Shown piece by piece: positions 40,710-50,953 of a DNA stretch of 64,000 nucleotides. Source of the DNA: Escherichia phage vB_EcoD-Elw; sequence record OR621298; one strand, written 5' to 3'. The notes beneath the pieces are model-generated. The model made no database searches, was not told where the DNA came from, and saw only the letters and a program-made list of their open reading frames with translations. Position 1 is the stretch's first letter. Every line of letters begins with the position of its first letter. Both the position numbers and the translations under genes were made by a program.

Positions 40710-41589
40710 AGAAATCTATTCTCACTGGGTCTGAAGAAGCAGTAGGTATAATATCCCACTCAACTCTATACACATCTGAGAAATCTAGGCGTTTTGTAAT
40801 ACGTGCTGAAGGAAAATCTATAGAAATATTATTATTTCTTATATTTAAAGGTACATCTGTCTCCGGTTCGATATTGTAAACCATATCTCCTGCAAAACGT
40901 TTTAAGTAATATAGAGAAATGGTTGCCGAAGCATTCATTTCATTTACATAAGCTCTTTTATTATTATAAATTTTATTTATATCAAAAACACTCTTATCCT
41001 CTCTCCAGGAGCACTGCTGTTGGAAAGATAAAGAGGCAGAAATAAGACCGGGTAAGATGCTGCCATTAGTAGAAGCTATTACTGGGCTGTAAGACATTAC
41101 TTCACCCTGTATAATAGAAGCTGCTTCTCTATAGGTAGATACTTCTGAGAATTTCCCAGACTCAATACCAACATTAAGAATTGGTATGTTCTTATCTAAA
41201 GAAAAATCTACCGTAGATACATAACAGTTTTCAAAATATGCACAGTTATTATCTTTATTTACTATATAGATATTGAACATAATAGGTTCAATATTACTAC
41301 TATATAGTGGGAGTAAGAAAGTATTACCTTTTCTATCAAAACCTAACCATTCAAAGAAGTTAGCCTCTGTAAGAGTATTACTGAAATTTATTGCTAGAGA
41401 GATAGAAGAGGGGGTTTGAGCATTTATAATAGAGTCTGCATAGTTAGTTCTACGATGAACAGTCCTACGAAGAGTCTTGAATTCCTCGTATGAAGTCTGT
41501 ATATCATAGTTTGATAGGGCATCAAAATGAAATGCCCTACCATCATACTCAACTATAACTTTTGACTCTCGCATTAGAGAGTAGTACAT
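40687..41589 (-). CDS. baseplate tube protein (p140-like)
   Basis: 300 aa; synteny and size. Confidence 0.45.
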   Translation of the reverse strand: MYYSLMRESKVIVEYDGRAFHFDALSNYDIQTSYEEFKTLRRTVHRRTNYADSIINAQTPSSISLAINFSNTLTEANFFEWLGFDRKGNTFLLPLYSSNIEPIMFNIYIVNKDNNCAYFENCYVSTVDFSLDKNIPILNVGIESGKFSEVSTYREAASIIQGEVMSYSPVIASTNGSILPGLISASLSFQQQCSWREDKSVFDINKIYNNKRAYVNEMNASATISLYYLKRFAGDMVYNIEPETDVPLNIRNNNISIDFPSARITKRLDFSDVYRVEWDIIPTASSDPVRIDFFGEIKND

Positions 41590-41593
41590 TTAT

Positions 41594-43000
41594 TTAACCA
41601 CCAGCACTAACTGTGATAGTTTTAGTACCTTCTACACCAGAACCATCTTTAGCTACAGCCTTCACAGTAACTGCACCAGTTTTAGAGGCATCAGCTGTTA
41701 ATAACCCAGATTCTGCATCAATTGTAGCTGCGTTACCACTAGAAATAGACCAAGTTACAGCCTTATTAGTAGCTTCTGAAGGTGTTACCTCAACAGACAT
41801 CTGTAAAGTATTACTATTTGTTACAGAAACAGCCTCACCTGCCGACTTAACTGTAATGGATTTAACGGGAACTGGAGGAGTTTTAGCACCATCCCCCGTA
41901 GCAATCAGATTAGCCACAGTAGTTTTTGTATACTTGTTAGAAAATCCAAGATAACCTTCGTCACCAGTATCCAAATCAGTAGGAATAGCTTTAAACTCTA
42001 CTGAAGTACCAAGTACATCATCAGTCTCAATAGTAGGGATATTAACGTGCGCCTGTTTAGCAACTAACACAGCTGCCGGACGTTCCTCGTCATATTCTCC
42101 ACCCAAAATAAGTGCGATTTCAAAACGGTTAACTACCTTAAGGGTTTTAATCAGATCTTTGTACAGTTCCATAGAACCAAGAGACTTATCATTAAGGTAA
42201 GCTGTCAAAGAACCCGTTAACTCAAACGCACCCGTAAATGAGCCGATTGGAATATTTACACGTGACATAATATTCGGGGTTAGGTACGTGATGTTGTTAT
42301 TAATGGTAAAAGTACCACCAGTAATAGGAATATCATATGCCTTATCAGAATCCATATCCTTAATTTTTAGGATAGTTAACTTGTTCTTAATGTAAGAACT
42401 CTGAATAGTCATATAAGTTTCATCATCAATGCCTAATGCATCAGGGTCAAATGGTTGGCTATCTAACGGAATGAGCTGATTACCGTTACCAGACCAAGTT
42501 ACACGACCAATATCTTCAATATCAACGTTAACTTCTGCCTGGTTGATCTGGCAAGAGTCAATGTAACTCCACGCATTGTCAGTTAGAATGTAAATATGCA
42601 GCATAGCCAGTTCGTGATATGCGTTATCTTTGAAGTTAACCATGAAGTTAGTAGCATTATTATGTGCTCCAGTATCTCCATCAAGGTTAATAGCTTTACC
42701 ACTAGAAAGTGCATGCCATAACATATAGTCAGGAACAATTTGTTTGCTAGTAGTTTTATCCATGTATGGCAGGATATAGGTGGAGAAGCTCCACTCAGCT
42801 GCATTCAAGGAATCGTTAAAACGTTTAGAACCACGAGTAGGACGCGGACCAGCTTCGTTAACAGTAATATCTGTTGAGTTACTGTCCTGACCCCAAGAAA
42901 TATCATCCTGAACTAGAATCTCTTGCGTGTTGGTCTTATCGTGACCAGTCTTAACCGTAGACACGAAGATTCGAGTATTACGTAATAGTTGTAAAGACAT
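41594..43000 (-). CDS. tail tube protein with C-terminal Ig-like domain (pb6-like)
   Basis: 468 aa; C-terminal Ig-like stretch VKSITVKSAGEAVSV...KTITVSAGG. Confidence 0.7.
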   Translation of the reverse strand: MSLQLLRNTRIFVSTVKTGHDKTNTQEILVQDDISWGQDSNSTDITVNEAGPRPTRGSKRFNDSLNAAEWSFSTYILPYMDKTTSKQIVPDYMLWHALSSGKAINLDGDTGAHNNATNFMVNFKDNAYHELAMLHIYILTDNAWSYIDSCQINQAEVNVDIEDIGRVTWSGNGNQLIPLDSQPFDPDALGIDDETYMTIQSSYIKNKLTILKIKDMDSDKAYDIPITGGTFTINNNITYLTPNIMSRVNIPIGSFTGAFELTGSLTAYLNDKSLGSMELYKDLIKTLKVVNRFEIALILGGEYDEERPAAVLVAKQAHVNIPTIETDDVLGTSVEFKAIPTDLDTGDEGYLGFSNKYTKTTVANLIATGDGAKTPPVPVKSITVKSAGEAVSVTNSNTLQMSVEVTPSEATNKAVTWSISSGNAATIDAESGLLTADASKTGAVTVKAVAKDGSGVEGTKTITVSAGG

Positions 43001-43026
43001 TTAATTATTTTCTCCTAATCTGTAAC

Positions 43027-43512
43027 TTATCTGCGAAGTGACCTACGTGGAGGCTGATACCTCACTGTTACATTTATTTCTGCTAAACCATATGGGGCCA
43101 GTAGACCCTCATCTGTACTAACTGATGTAATGCTCATATCAGTCGCCTCACATGGGAAGGTCGATCCATTAGGTTTACTAACAGTATATTCTAAATTTCC
43201 ACCTGTGTCAATAACGGTTTTTATATCCGCTACGAGTTTTTCAAGTTGCTCTTGAATGTCTGTTTTCTCTTTATCATACACCAGGATAGGAAGTTCTAAA
43301 AACATCCACTGTTGACCTGAGGGAAGATACTGCCCAGTTTCAGTTCCGATATGAACTGCAACATAAGGAAACTCTCGTATCTCCTCAAACTTATAAGTTT
43401 GACGTGAGACGTTTCCATACAAGTTATTAAAATATTCATCTGGTTGAGAGCCATCCATTTGTTTGGCTATTCGATCAACCAGAGCTTGTGCTATACTTGT
43501 TCTGTGATCCAT
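43027..43512 (-). CDS. tail terminator protein (p142-like)
   Basis: 161 aa; synteny and size. Confidence 0.5.
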   Translation of the reverse strand: MDHRTSIAQALVDRIAKQMDGSQPDEYFNNLYGNVSRQTYKFEEIREFPYVAVHIGTETGQYLPSGQQWMFLELPILVYDKEKTDIQEQLEKLVADIKTVIDTGGNLEYTVSKPNGSTFPCEATDMSITSVSTDEGLLAPYGLAEINVTVRYQPPRRSLRR

Positions 43513-43515
43513 TTA

Positions 43516-44283
43516 TTAGGTTCCTTGATTAACCTTAATTTTGTATCTGGAGTGAATTAAGTCTCTTGCAGCTTTAGCTATCGCCTCTCCAATTAGTCTT
43601 TGAGGGTTTCTAGCACCTGGGTAGGGTCGTAGTGACAATCTTCGATATGTAGATACTGCAGGATTAAATACTGAATATGGACGTACCATATAATTATATG
43701 TAACGTTTAATTCCGGAGCACCTTTGCTAGTTCCAGCATCTCTAAGCATAACATCTTTAACTTTTAGAGAGTTTGCAAAACGACCTGTTCTAAATTTAAG
43801 TGGAGCTCCTGCTTTTTTCATATCCTTTATTAAGTATTCTTTAGCAACCAACTCCAGAATAACCTTCATATTACTATTTGATACAAAACGACCAGAAGCA
43901 CCTGTTACTGCACCAGAATATCCATCTTCTACGTCTCTAGGATCCCCAAAGTTTACTTGAACTCTACCAGTAGAACGTTTTTTACCTACAGCAGATTTTT
44001 TACCAGCGGTTGCTTGTATTAAATTCTCTAGAGCACCTAAATCTCCTGTTAGATCTAAGCTAGAAGAAACTGCTTTTAGAATAGAAGCGGTCCTAACATT
44101 AAGGAGATCTTGGGATACAGGTTTTGAGAATTTAAAAGATACCTGAGCAACAGTACCATCTCTAGTAGGATCTTTCAGTCCTGTTTCAACAGAATATACA
44201 ACAGTATTCTTATTGTTCTCGGAACGCCCAACATTATCTAGCTGCTCCTTAATAATTTGTGTAGCTAAATCAGAAAGAGACAT
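43516..44283 (-). CDS. tail completion protein (p143-like)
   Basis: 255 aa; synteny and size. Confidence 0.5.
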   Translation of the reverse strand: MSLSDLATQIIKEQLDNVGRSENNKNTVVYSVETGLKDPTRDGTVAQVSFKFSKPVSQDLLNVRTASILKAVSSSLDLTGDLGALENLIQATAGKKSAVGKKRSTGRVQVNFGDPRDVEDGYSGAVTGASGRFVSNSNMKVILELVAKEYLIKDMKKAGAPLKFRTGRFANSLKVKDVMLRDAGTSKGAPELNVTYNYMVRPYSVFNPAVSTYRRLSLRPYPGARNPQRLIGEAIAKAARDLIHSRYKIKVNQGT

Positions 44284-44795
44284 TATACTCTCCTGTAAAC
44301 TTCAATAATAGTACGAATATGCTCTGGAATACCAGACTTAGTATTATTAAAAGTAACTGTTTCTCCGCCAATTGTTTTAGCTTGACGGTAATCCTGTTTA
44401 TGCCAATGATCTACTAGCATACATGCTGCAAGTTTGAGATCCTCAGGTATTGGATTAAATCCACCTTGTGTGTATTCTACATCCATATAACCTTCTGGGG
44501 GATTAAATTTAAGAAGTATAACCCCATCAGAATACAACTTATATTGTTCTGGATCTATCTCCTTGTCGTTAATAGTCATTTTGGTTACTGAAGTAGCCGA
44601 GGGAGAACTTAAGAAGTATTTTTTACGAGTAGGTTTTGTATTGATTAACTGGTCTACCGCATCAGCATCATCCATACCTAAAAGGCTAGTAATCAGCGCA
44701 TTGGCAGCAGTAATCATCATCTCTACTCCAGATTCTAGTTCAGGTCGTTTTAACCCACCATATAATCTATAGTCTTCAGCTGTGATTATTTGCAT
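44283..44795 (-). CDS. head completion protein (p144-like)
   Basis: 170 aa; synteny and size. Confidence 0.5.
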   Translation of the reverse strand: MQIITAEDYRLYGGLKRPELESGVEMMITAANALITSLLGMDDADAVDQLINTKPTRKKYFLSSPSATSVTKMTINDKEIDPEQYKLYSDGVILLKFNPPEGYMDVEYTQGGFNPIPEDLKLAACMLVDHWHKQDYRQAKTIGGETVTFNNTKSGIPEHIRTIIEVYRRV

Positions 44796-44815
44796 TTATT
44801 TTTCCCAATAAAAAA
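44795..44815 (-). promoter_or_regulatory. conserved 21-nt element (copy 2) overlapping the p144-like start codon
   Basis: Minus-strand TTTTTTATTGGGAAAAATAAA, identical to the copy at 39779-39799. Confidence 0.5.
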
Positions 44816-44833
44816 GGAGAGCCGAAGCTCTCC
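44808..44833 (-). terminator. rho-independent terminator downstream of the major capsid gene
   Basis: ggagagc-cgaa-gctctcc hairpin followed (minus strand) by a U-tract. Confidence 0.7.
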
Positions 44834-44854
44834 TTATCGGCTGAAAAGCCTGTA

Positions 44855-46231
44855 TTAAGATGCAGCGTAAGCACCAGATACAACGCCATTTGCAAAGTAA
44901 CGTTGCAGGTTAACACGCTGAGTAACGTAGTATGCGTCACGCTGTTTACCAGCTTGGCGCTCACGTTCAACAGTAACAGCACGCTGGCGTGGCATTACGA
45001 AGTTATCTTTATAAACAATAACTGCGAACTCTGCGGAAGTAGCTTTAGCTGGGAAGTACTCAGAAACTACAACCGGCAGACCATAAATACGACCAACCTG
45101 ACCCTGCAGTTTAACAGCATCATTACCAACTTGGGCAACATCCTGCCATTCTTCATCTTCCAGCAGATCATAGTAAGCATCCATAGATACAATCAGTACC
45201 AGTTTGCTCAGTTTCAGACCATGACGGCCCAGTTTACGACGCAATTTAGAGATAGTTTTAGCAGTTACCAGTACGGAACCATCAGCTTTAGCTTCAGTAA
45301 TAACTTTAGCACTATCTTCACTAGCAAGAGTCAGCAGACCTTTCGGTTTACCGGAACCATCACCAGTCATGAAGGCTTCTTCAATAGAAACAGCGTGTGC
45401 TTCGATCAGACGCTTACGAAGCAGTGGCAGCAGGGAGAAGATTGCATCTTCTTCAGTTTCATCAGTAATGAAGGACTTAGCAGCCAGTTTGTAAGTACTG
45501 AAGTGGATTTCTTTAAGAGCACCTTTAACTTCATCACCAGTAGTTGCATCAGTACCATAAGTAGAAGCAGCAACCCAAGTAGCTTTACCAGCATCCGGTT
45601 CAACCAGCATAGTAAGAATCTTACTGGACATCGGCAGTTCTTCGAACAGTGCGCCAACTACAAGCTCTTTCTGCAGGTCACGGATAATACGCTGAGAGAA
45701 AATAGTTTCATAGCTTTCACTAGAAACTTCTACAGAAGAAGACTGATTCACTGCTTTCAGGTGTTTTTGACCGTGTTCGGTCTCGAATACGCCCTTTTCC
45801 ATTACATAAGATAACAGAACCAGTTTTTCAACTTCATCTTCAAAGTTTTCCTGAGTACCGTATAGTGCTTTAGCAACACTATCACCAACGAAGGAACGAC
45901 CTTCACGAGCTGTCAGCAGAGATTTAATTTCATCCTGAAGACCAACAATAGTTTCCTGTTGTTTTTCTACAGTTTGTGCAAACAGTTCTGCGCTCTTCTT
46001 AGATTTCTCATCCAGAGACTTAACCAGATCCAGAGCCTCTTCCAGACGCTTACGATCTTCGCCAACTGCTTTAGAAACCAGGTCATTCATACGAGCCAGT
46101 TCTTTTTCTTCCTGCTCTTTACGCATACGTTCAGCTTCCTGAGCTTTCTGAGCAGCGGTCAGACCTTCCAGAGATTTAGCCAGATCACCCAGACCAAGTT
46201 CTTCTTTCAGCTTATTAATATCAATAGTCAT
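44855..46231 (-). CDS. major capsid protein (pb8-like, HK97 fold)
   Basis: 458 aa; host-optimal codons; position after protease and decoration genes. Confidence 0.8.
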   Translation of the reverse strand: MTIDINKLKEELGLGDLAKSLEGLTAAQKAQEAERMRKEQEEKELARMNDLVSKAVGEDRKRLEEALDLVKSLDEKSKKSAELFAQTVEKQQETIVGLQDEIKSLLTAREGRSFVGDSVAKALYGTQENFEDEVEKLVLLSYVMEKGVFETEHGQKHLKAVNQSSSVEVSSESYETIFSQRIIRDLQKELVVGALFEELPMSSKILTMLVEPDAGKATWVAASTYGTDATTGDEVKGALKEIHFSTYKLAAKSFITDETEEDAIFSLLPLLRKRLIEAHAVSIEEAFMTGDGSGKPKGLLTLASEDSAKVITEAKADGSVLVTAKTISKLRRKLGRHGLKLSKLVLIVSMDAYYDLLEDEEWQDVAQVGNDAVKLQGQVGRIYGLPVVVSEYFPAKATSAEFAVIVYKDNFVMPRQRAVTVERERQAGKQRDAYYVTQRVNLQRYFANGVVSGAYAAS

Positions 46232-46248
46232 TTTTAAATAATTCTCCG

Positions 46249-46881
46249 TTATTCTTTAACGTAGCCTAAAGCTATCGCAAGTTTTTCTAGTTCAGAAAGA
46301 TTACGTTCTTGAGCTGGGACAGCTTTAGAACTTATTGCAGTAAAAGATTTACGCCATTCAGTATAATCATGACCATTCATGCTCTTAGCGAGATTGAACG
46401 TTGAGTCCTGATTACAAGGTACAGAAACTACCGAAACTTCGTATAGTTCTAAATCTTTAATAATAAATATATCAGTAGCTTCATCCCACTCTGCATCTAG
46501 GCAGCGGAATCCGATACTAAAAGTTTTCAGTACACCGTTTTTAATTAGTGAAAAGATAGCCGGGTCAGAACTTTCATAGATCTCGCATTCGATTTCGAGA
46601 CCCATTTCAGTAGGGTTAAGATCAATACACTTACCGATTGGACGACGATGATCGTGTCCGAAAAGAATAATCGGGTTTTTCATATAGTTAGTAAGTGCAT
46701 TAGATGTTTTCCACGCAGAAGCCGGAATTACATCACCAGCGCGATCTTTACTAATTGTATTAGCGAATCCACGGATTTTTACAACGCCCTCTTTGGATTC
46801 GCTATCAATAGATTTAATATAAGCATCTAAATGAACGGGTGCTGATTTTAACTTGTTATAGTCAATAGCAGCTTGTGTCAT
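46249..46881 (-). CDS. prohead protease (pb11-like)
   Basis: 210 aa; immediately upstream of the capsid gene. Confidence 0.65.
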   Translation of the reverse strand: MTQAAIDYNKLKSAPVHLDAYIKSIDSESKEGVVKIRGFANTISKDRAGDVIPASAWKTSNALTNYMKNPIILFGHDHRRPIGKCIDLNPTEMGLEIECEIYESSDPAIFSLIKNGVLKTFSIGFRCLDAEWDEATDIFIIKDLELYEVSVVSVPCNQDSTFNLAKSMNGHDYTEWRKSFTAISSKAVPAQERNLSELEKLAIALGYVKE

Positions 46882-46884
46882 TTA

Positions 46885-47379
46885 TTAGCCTCCAGGAACA
46901 GTAGGATTAACTGTCACAGCACATGCAGTAGAATCCTTACTTACTTGCTTACTATCTGTTACAGTTACTTTATAAGAGCCGGCATCCTCTGCTGCTGCTG
47001 TAGGCTTAGTATAGGTAGCTCCTGAAGCTTCCGGAATAGGAGAACCATCTTTAGTCCATGCATAAGTATATGGACTAGTACCACCAGTTGCAGTAACAGA
47101 AAGTGTTAATGCTGCTCCCTCTTCAACTGACATGCTCGCAGTTAAATCTTTAGAAAGAGTTAATGGTGGAGCCGGTGGAGCAGGAGGAACTGCTTTACCA
47201 TAAGCCTCTACAAATTTCTTCCATACTTTACGGTTAGTATGCGCAGATGAAAGCCCTAGTTCTCTACGCAGAAAAGCATAGCTAGGAACATATTTATGCG
47301 CAGCAACCGTAGCAAAGAAGATATGAGATTCTGGTAGTTTTTCACCAAAAATGGTCTTTAGACCATTATAATCAATCAT
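46885..47379 (-). CDS. capsid decoration protein with Ig-like domain (pb10-like)
   Basis: 164 aa; Ig-like segment SVTATGGTSPYTYAWTKDGSPIPEASGATYTKP. Confidence 0.65.
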   Translation of the reverse strand: MIDYNGLKTIFGEKLPESHIFFATVAAHKYVPSYAFLRRELGLSSAHTNRKVWKKFVEAYGKAVPPAPPAPPLTLSKDLTASMSVEEGAALTLSVTATGGTSPYTYAWTKDGSPIPEASGATYTKPTAAAEDAGSYKVTVTDSKQVSKDSTACAVTVNPTVPGG

Positions 47380-48593
47380 TCTTTATCTCCCTCGGTGGAA
47401 CCTTGAGGTCTACCACCTTCTTGACCAGATACACCTGTTGCAGAACCAGCAACGTTAGCAGGAATACGAATCCTATCCATCTGCTCATCATCTAAAGGTT
47501 CAAGGTTCAGCTCTAAACGAGCTTCGTTACCAGTCATAATACCATTATTAACCAATGAGGTTAAATGTTTAGCCTCAGCTTCTTTATCTGGTGTTAATGC
47601 AGCTACCTCCTTAGTATTAGGAGTAATCTTATAACCAAAAAAGAAAGTAAGAGAACTAGTCAGTTTGTTCAGCATAGGAATGATAGTCATATAATAGAAC
47701 AATTCGATGTTTGGTCGAATATTCGCGTTATTACCACCATCAAGCAGTACTTGCGGAACTCCAAAGGCTAGACAAATAGATTTATTAAATCCTTCGATGT
47801 CTTCCTTAAAGTCTAGATCTTTAAAAGAGGATATTTGGGAGTACGGTTTAGCTTTCATACCACCATCTAGAATCAGGACAGAAGACTGACCAGTACTAGG
47901 ATTATAATCGAGTTGTAATTCTTCTTGTTTACGCTCACGCAATTTCTTGTTCAGGATTTCATCCGTTTCAAGAATAAGACCAATCACGGTTCCGTTATCG
48001 AGGAATTTCTCTTTAAAGTTAAGCATCTTAGAACGCTTCTCAAGAGAATCAATAACAGTAGCAACACGAGATTGTCCAGAAATTTGAGAATTTGTGCCAC
48101 ACACGTAACTGTTATCCTTTATAAAGATAATCTCATCTACGCGATAGTCTATCTGATTATTAAATATAAATTTTTTGATAAACTTATTGGCATCTGCCTC
48201 GACCTGCATAAGAGCAGCCGGGACGTGGTAAAGCGATGTGCCATCCCAATAGATGTATGCACAACCTTCAAAAAGTAGGTCAGTGACTACAAGTCTACGG
48301 AATGTGCTTATATCCATGAATGGATTAGGTCGTACATTTAAGAGAGTGTCTAGAGTCTTTGTTTTGACGCCATTAGCGTACGTAACAATATTATATTTAT
48401 CTCCGACAGTATAAGAACACTCCGCCGCACTATCTATAACCATATTAGCAGTTCTATTGAGAATCTCAATTTTACTGTAGGCTTGTCCAGTGGTAAAAGG
48501 CTTACGGTTAGTGCGATGACTAACTGGTTCCATGTCTCTTATAATACGTTGACCCGGATTTAGCTTTTCAGTAATCCAGCTTTTAAAACCCAT
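47376..48593 (-). CDS. portal protein (pb7-like)
   Basis: 405 aa; sits between terminase and head genes. Confidence 0.7.
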   Translation of the reverse strand: MGFKSWITEKLNPGQRIIRDMEPVSHRTNRKPFTTGQAYSKIEILNRTANMVIDSAAECSYTVGDKYNIVTYANGVKTKTLDTLLNVRPNPFMDISTFRRLVVTDLLFEGCAYIYWDGTSLYHVPAALMQVEADANKFIKKFIFNNQIDYRVDEIIFIKDNSYVCGTNSQISGQSRVATVIDSLEKRSKMLNFKEKFLDNGTVIGLILETDEILNKKLRERKQEELQLDYNPSTGQSSVLILDGGMKAKPYSQISSFKDLDFKEDIEGFNKSICLAFGVPQVLLDGGNNANIRPNIELFYYMTIIPMLNKLTSSLTFFFGYKITPNTKEVAALTPDKEAEAKHLTSLVNNGIMTGNEARLELNLEPLDDEQMDRIRIPANVAGSATGVSGQEGGRPQGSTEGDKE

Positions 48594-49030
48594 TATAAGA
48601 ACCTTGCGAATCCTGATTTTGTTTCAGTCTTGACTTGTGTCTTTTCTTGAGGATTCTGTAATTTGTCTTTCTGCTTTTGAACCCACACTTTTTGCTTATT
48701 AGCAGAAAATAAAGGAGGTTCTTTTGTGTAAACCTTATGTAATAATTGGTGATGGTGTACACAGAGGGTAACAGTGTCTTCTACTAGCTCATGCCTATAT
48801 CGATCATAGAATGCCGTCCTATTTGAAAGGACTGTTTCTTCGTCAGTGAAATCCAATTGGAGTTCTTTAGCAAATTTTTTAACTAGTAGAGACACCGTAT
48901 GGTAATGATGAAGCTCTAATTCTTCAGCACAACCGCAGATAGCACATTGAGAGTCTTTTTTATATTGACTTTTTATTCCGTCTCTCATAAGGGATATAGC
49001 ATCGCGTTTATATTTTATATTGCTTGCCAT
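48593..49030 (-). CDS. HNH-like zinc-binding endonuclease-family protein
   Basis: CAICGC...ELHHYH...CVHHHQLLH motifs; start placed at the internal ATG with GAGGAG RBS. Confidence 0.45.
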   Translation of the reverse strand: MASNIKYKRDAISLMRDGIKSQYKKDSQCAICGCAEELELHHYHTVSLLVKKFAKELQLDFTDEETVLSNRTAFYDRYRHELVEDTVTLCVHHHQLLHKVYTKEPPLFSANKQKVWVQKQKDKLQNPQEKTQVKTETKSGFARFL

Positions 49031-49144
49031 AGTGTTCTCCTCAACTGTATGAATATAGTATACATAATCGTATCGAATTTGTAAAGGGGATTTTAAAATA
49101 CAGGAATGGGATACCAACTGAGTAGTATCCCATCCTATACTTAT

Positions 49145-50461
49145 TTATTTACCACGGGAAATAGAATAAATTCCATAGCGGAGCGCATCACAAAGGTGAG
49201 AGTTAGCATCATGACGTGGTTTTTCACGTGATAATTTCTCTTCACCTTCTTGGAAGTCCCACTTGTAATTCTGCAATGCATGAATTAAGGAGGAACATGA
49301 GGCATTTACAATAATCTTGCCCTGTTGGAACAGTGCTTGCAGGCATGCTAGGCCATCTAGGACAGATTTTTTAGCTGGAGCTGAGGCAATTTCATGCTCA
49401 TAAGCTAAGTCCTGGCGGAACTGAGCTGCTGCAGAGTCAACAAAAATACGATCAACTTTATAACGATCTATACAGTGCTGAATATAAGCAGCATGCTGAG
49501 CTGTAGTTTTCTCCGCCTGCTGGTACTCTTCTAATACATAGTAAGTATCCGTATCGTAATGATATTTAATAGTAAGAACTGCTGTAGGATCACGATAACC
49601 AACGTCAATACCAAGCAACGTTTCGAATGCTTCATCATCTTTAAAGAAGTGACGCATACCTTTGAGATCTTTAACATGATCGATAGCATTAAAGGTATCA
49701 AATATCTGTCCTTCGAATACAGAGAAGTCAGCTTCGTATTCTTGGCGGAAGTAGTTTTTACTAACCGTACGGCGTGCCTCCTCAATGTCATTCAAATCAG
49801 CACGTGGGTTATCACGATATGTACCATGAATAGACACCCAGTTAGGTAACGTATCATCGAATCCGTAGGCGTAAAACTCTTTAAACCAGTTACCTCCGCG
49901 AGGGGTGGAAATAAATAGAGCCTTAGAATTAGGCTTATCTAGGGTAGGACGCAGCTGAACCCTGAAGGCATCACCACCCACATCGGAAATTGCCGCCTCG
50001 TCAAAGATGATAAAATCATATGAACGTCCAACCGCGGAGTCAGCCTGAGCCGCGGAAGCTAGTTTAAATAGAGAACCATTAGCTAACTCAATCTCTTTAT
50101 CTTTAGCGTTTTCACGTTCGGTTTGTAGGCCGTACTTCTTAATAAGACCACGAATCTGAGACCATCCGATATTAGCTAGTGAATAGTTAGGGGCAACTAC
50201 TAGTACCTTCACATTAGGTTCCAGCAATTTTAGGAACCCAAGTGTATACGCTATAAAAGATTTACCTACACGGCGTGATACACATGCCGTTACAAAACGA
50301 TGTCTAGGGTCTTCTAGGGCATTGATAATTGCTATTTGAGGGCCATTAGGTGTGATACCCTCTTGTGCTAGTATTCCGGAAACGGGTAAACGAAAGAAAC
50401 GCTTATCTATTCCGAAATCAATAACATCTACTGTATTAACATAGGGTCTTGATACTTCCAT
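49145..50461 (-). CDS. terminase large subunit
   Basis: 438 aa; P-loop-like VSRRVGKS in the N-terminal half; synteny. Confidence 0.75.
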   Translation of the reverse strand: MEVSRPYVNTVDVIDFGIDKRFFRLPVSGILAQEGITPNGPQIAIINALEDPRHRFVTACVSRRVGKSFIAYTLGFLKLLEPNVKVLVVAPNYSLANIGWSQIRGLIKKYGLQTERENAKDKEIELANGSLFKLASAAQADSAVGRSYDFIIFDEAAISDVGGDAFRVQLRPTLDKPNSKALFISTPRGGNWFKEFYAYGFDDTLPNWVSIHGTYRDNPRADLNDIEEARRTVSKNYFRQEYEADFSVFEGQIFDTFNAIDHVKDLKGMRHFFKDDEAFETLLGIDVGYRDPTAVLTIKYHYDTDTYYVLEEYQQAEKTTAQHAAYIQHCIDRYKVDRIFVDSAAAQFRQDLAYEHEIASAPAKKSVLDGLACLQALFQQGKIIVNASCSSLIHALQNYKWDFQEGEEKLSREKPRHDANSHLCDALRYGIYSISRGK

Positions 50462-50943
50462 TACTTCTTACCTCCAGTAGCTAGGGAAGTAATTAAATCC
50501 ATGTAGTTTTGATCCCCGGCTCCAGCAATAATGTTATTCTGGATATTAGTCTGATTAGCAGGAGCTCGGACGGCAGCTTTAGCTTTTTCTAACTCCACCA
50601 TCATCTTCATTTCTTCCATCTTCATTTTGTGTGCTTTCCAGAGAATATCCATAATATCCTGGTCAGAACCCATGCCAGTTTCTTCTAGTTCCTCCAGCTT
50701 ACGCTTAATAACTTCATCCAGAACACCAAATAAACGATCCCTATTACGGAAACCACTCTCCATAAAAATATCATTTAAGTAGTTCTTAACCTCACTACGA
50801 TTCATAATATCTCGGAAAGCAATTTCGGACATTCCAAGACTACGTGCGGCAGAAGGCACATCGCTGCCGCACTGTAAATAAGCTTCAATTACATCCATCC
50901 CTTCAGGGGACATAAGATCTGGTACTAATACATCATTTGCCAT
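50461..50943 (-). CDS. putative terminase small subunit
   Basis: 160 aa; upstream of and coupled to the large-subunit gene; AGGAGG RBS. Confidence 0.45.
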   Translation of the reverse strand: MANDVLVPDLMSPEGMDVIEAYLQCGSDVPSAARSLGMSEIAFRDIMNRSEVKNYLNDIFMESGFRNRDRLFGVLDEVIKRKLEELEETGMGSDQDIMDILWKAHKMKMEEMKMMVELEKAKAAVRAPANQTNIQNNIIAGAGDQNYMDLITSLATGGKK

Positions 50944-50953
50944 ATTTCCTCCT

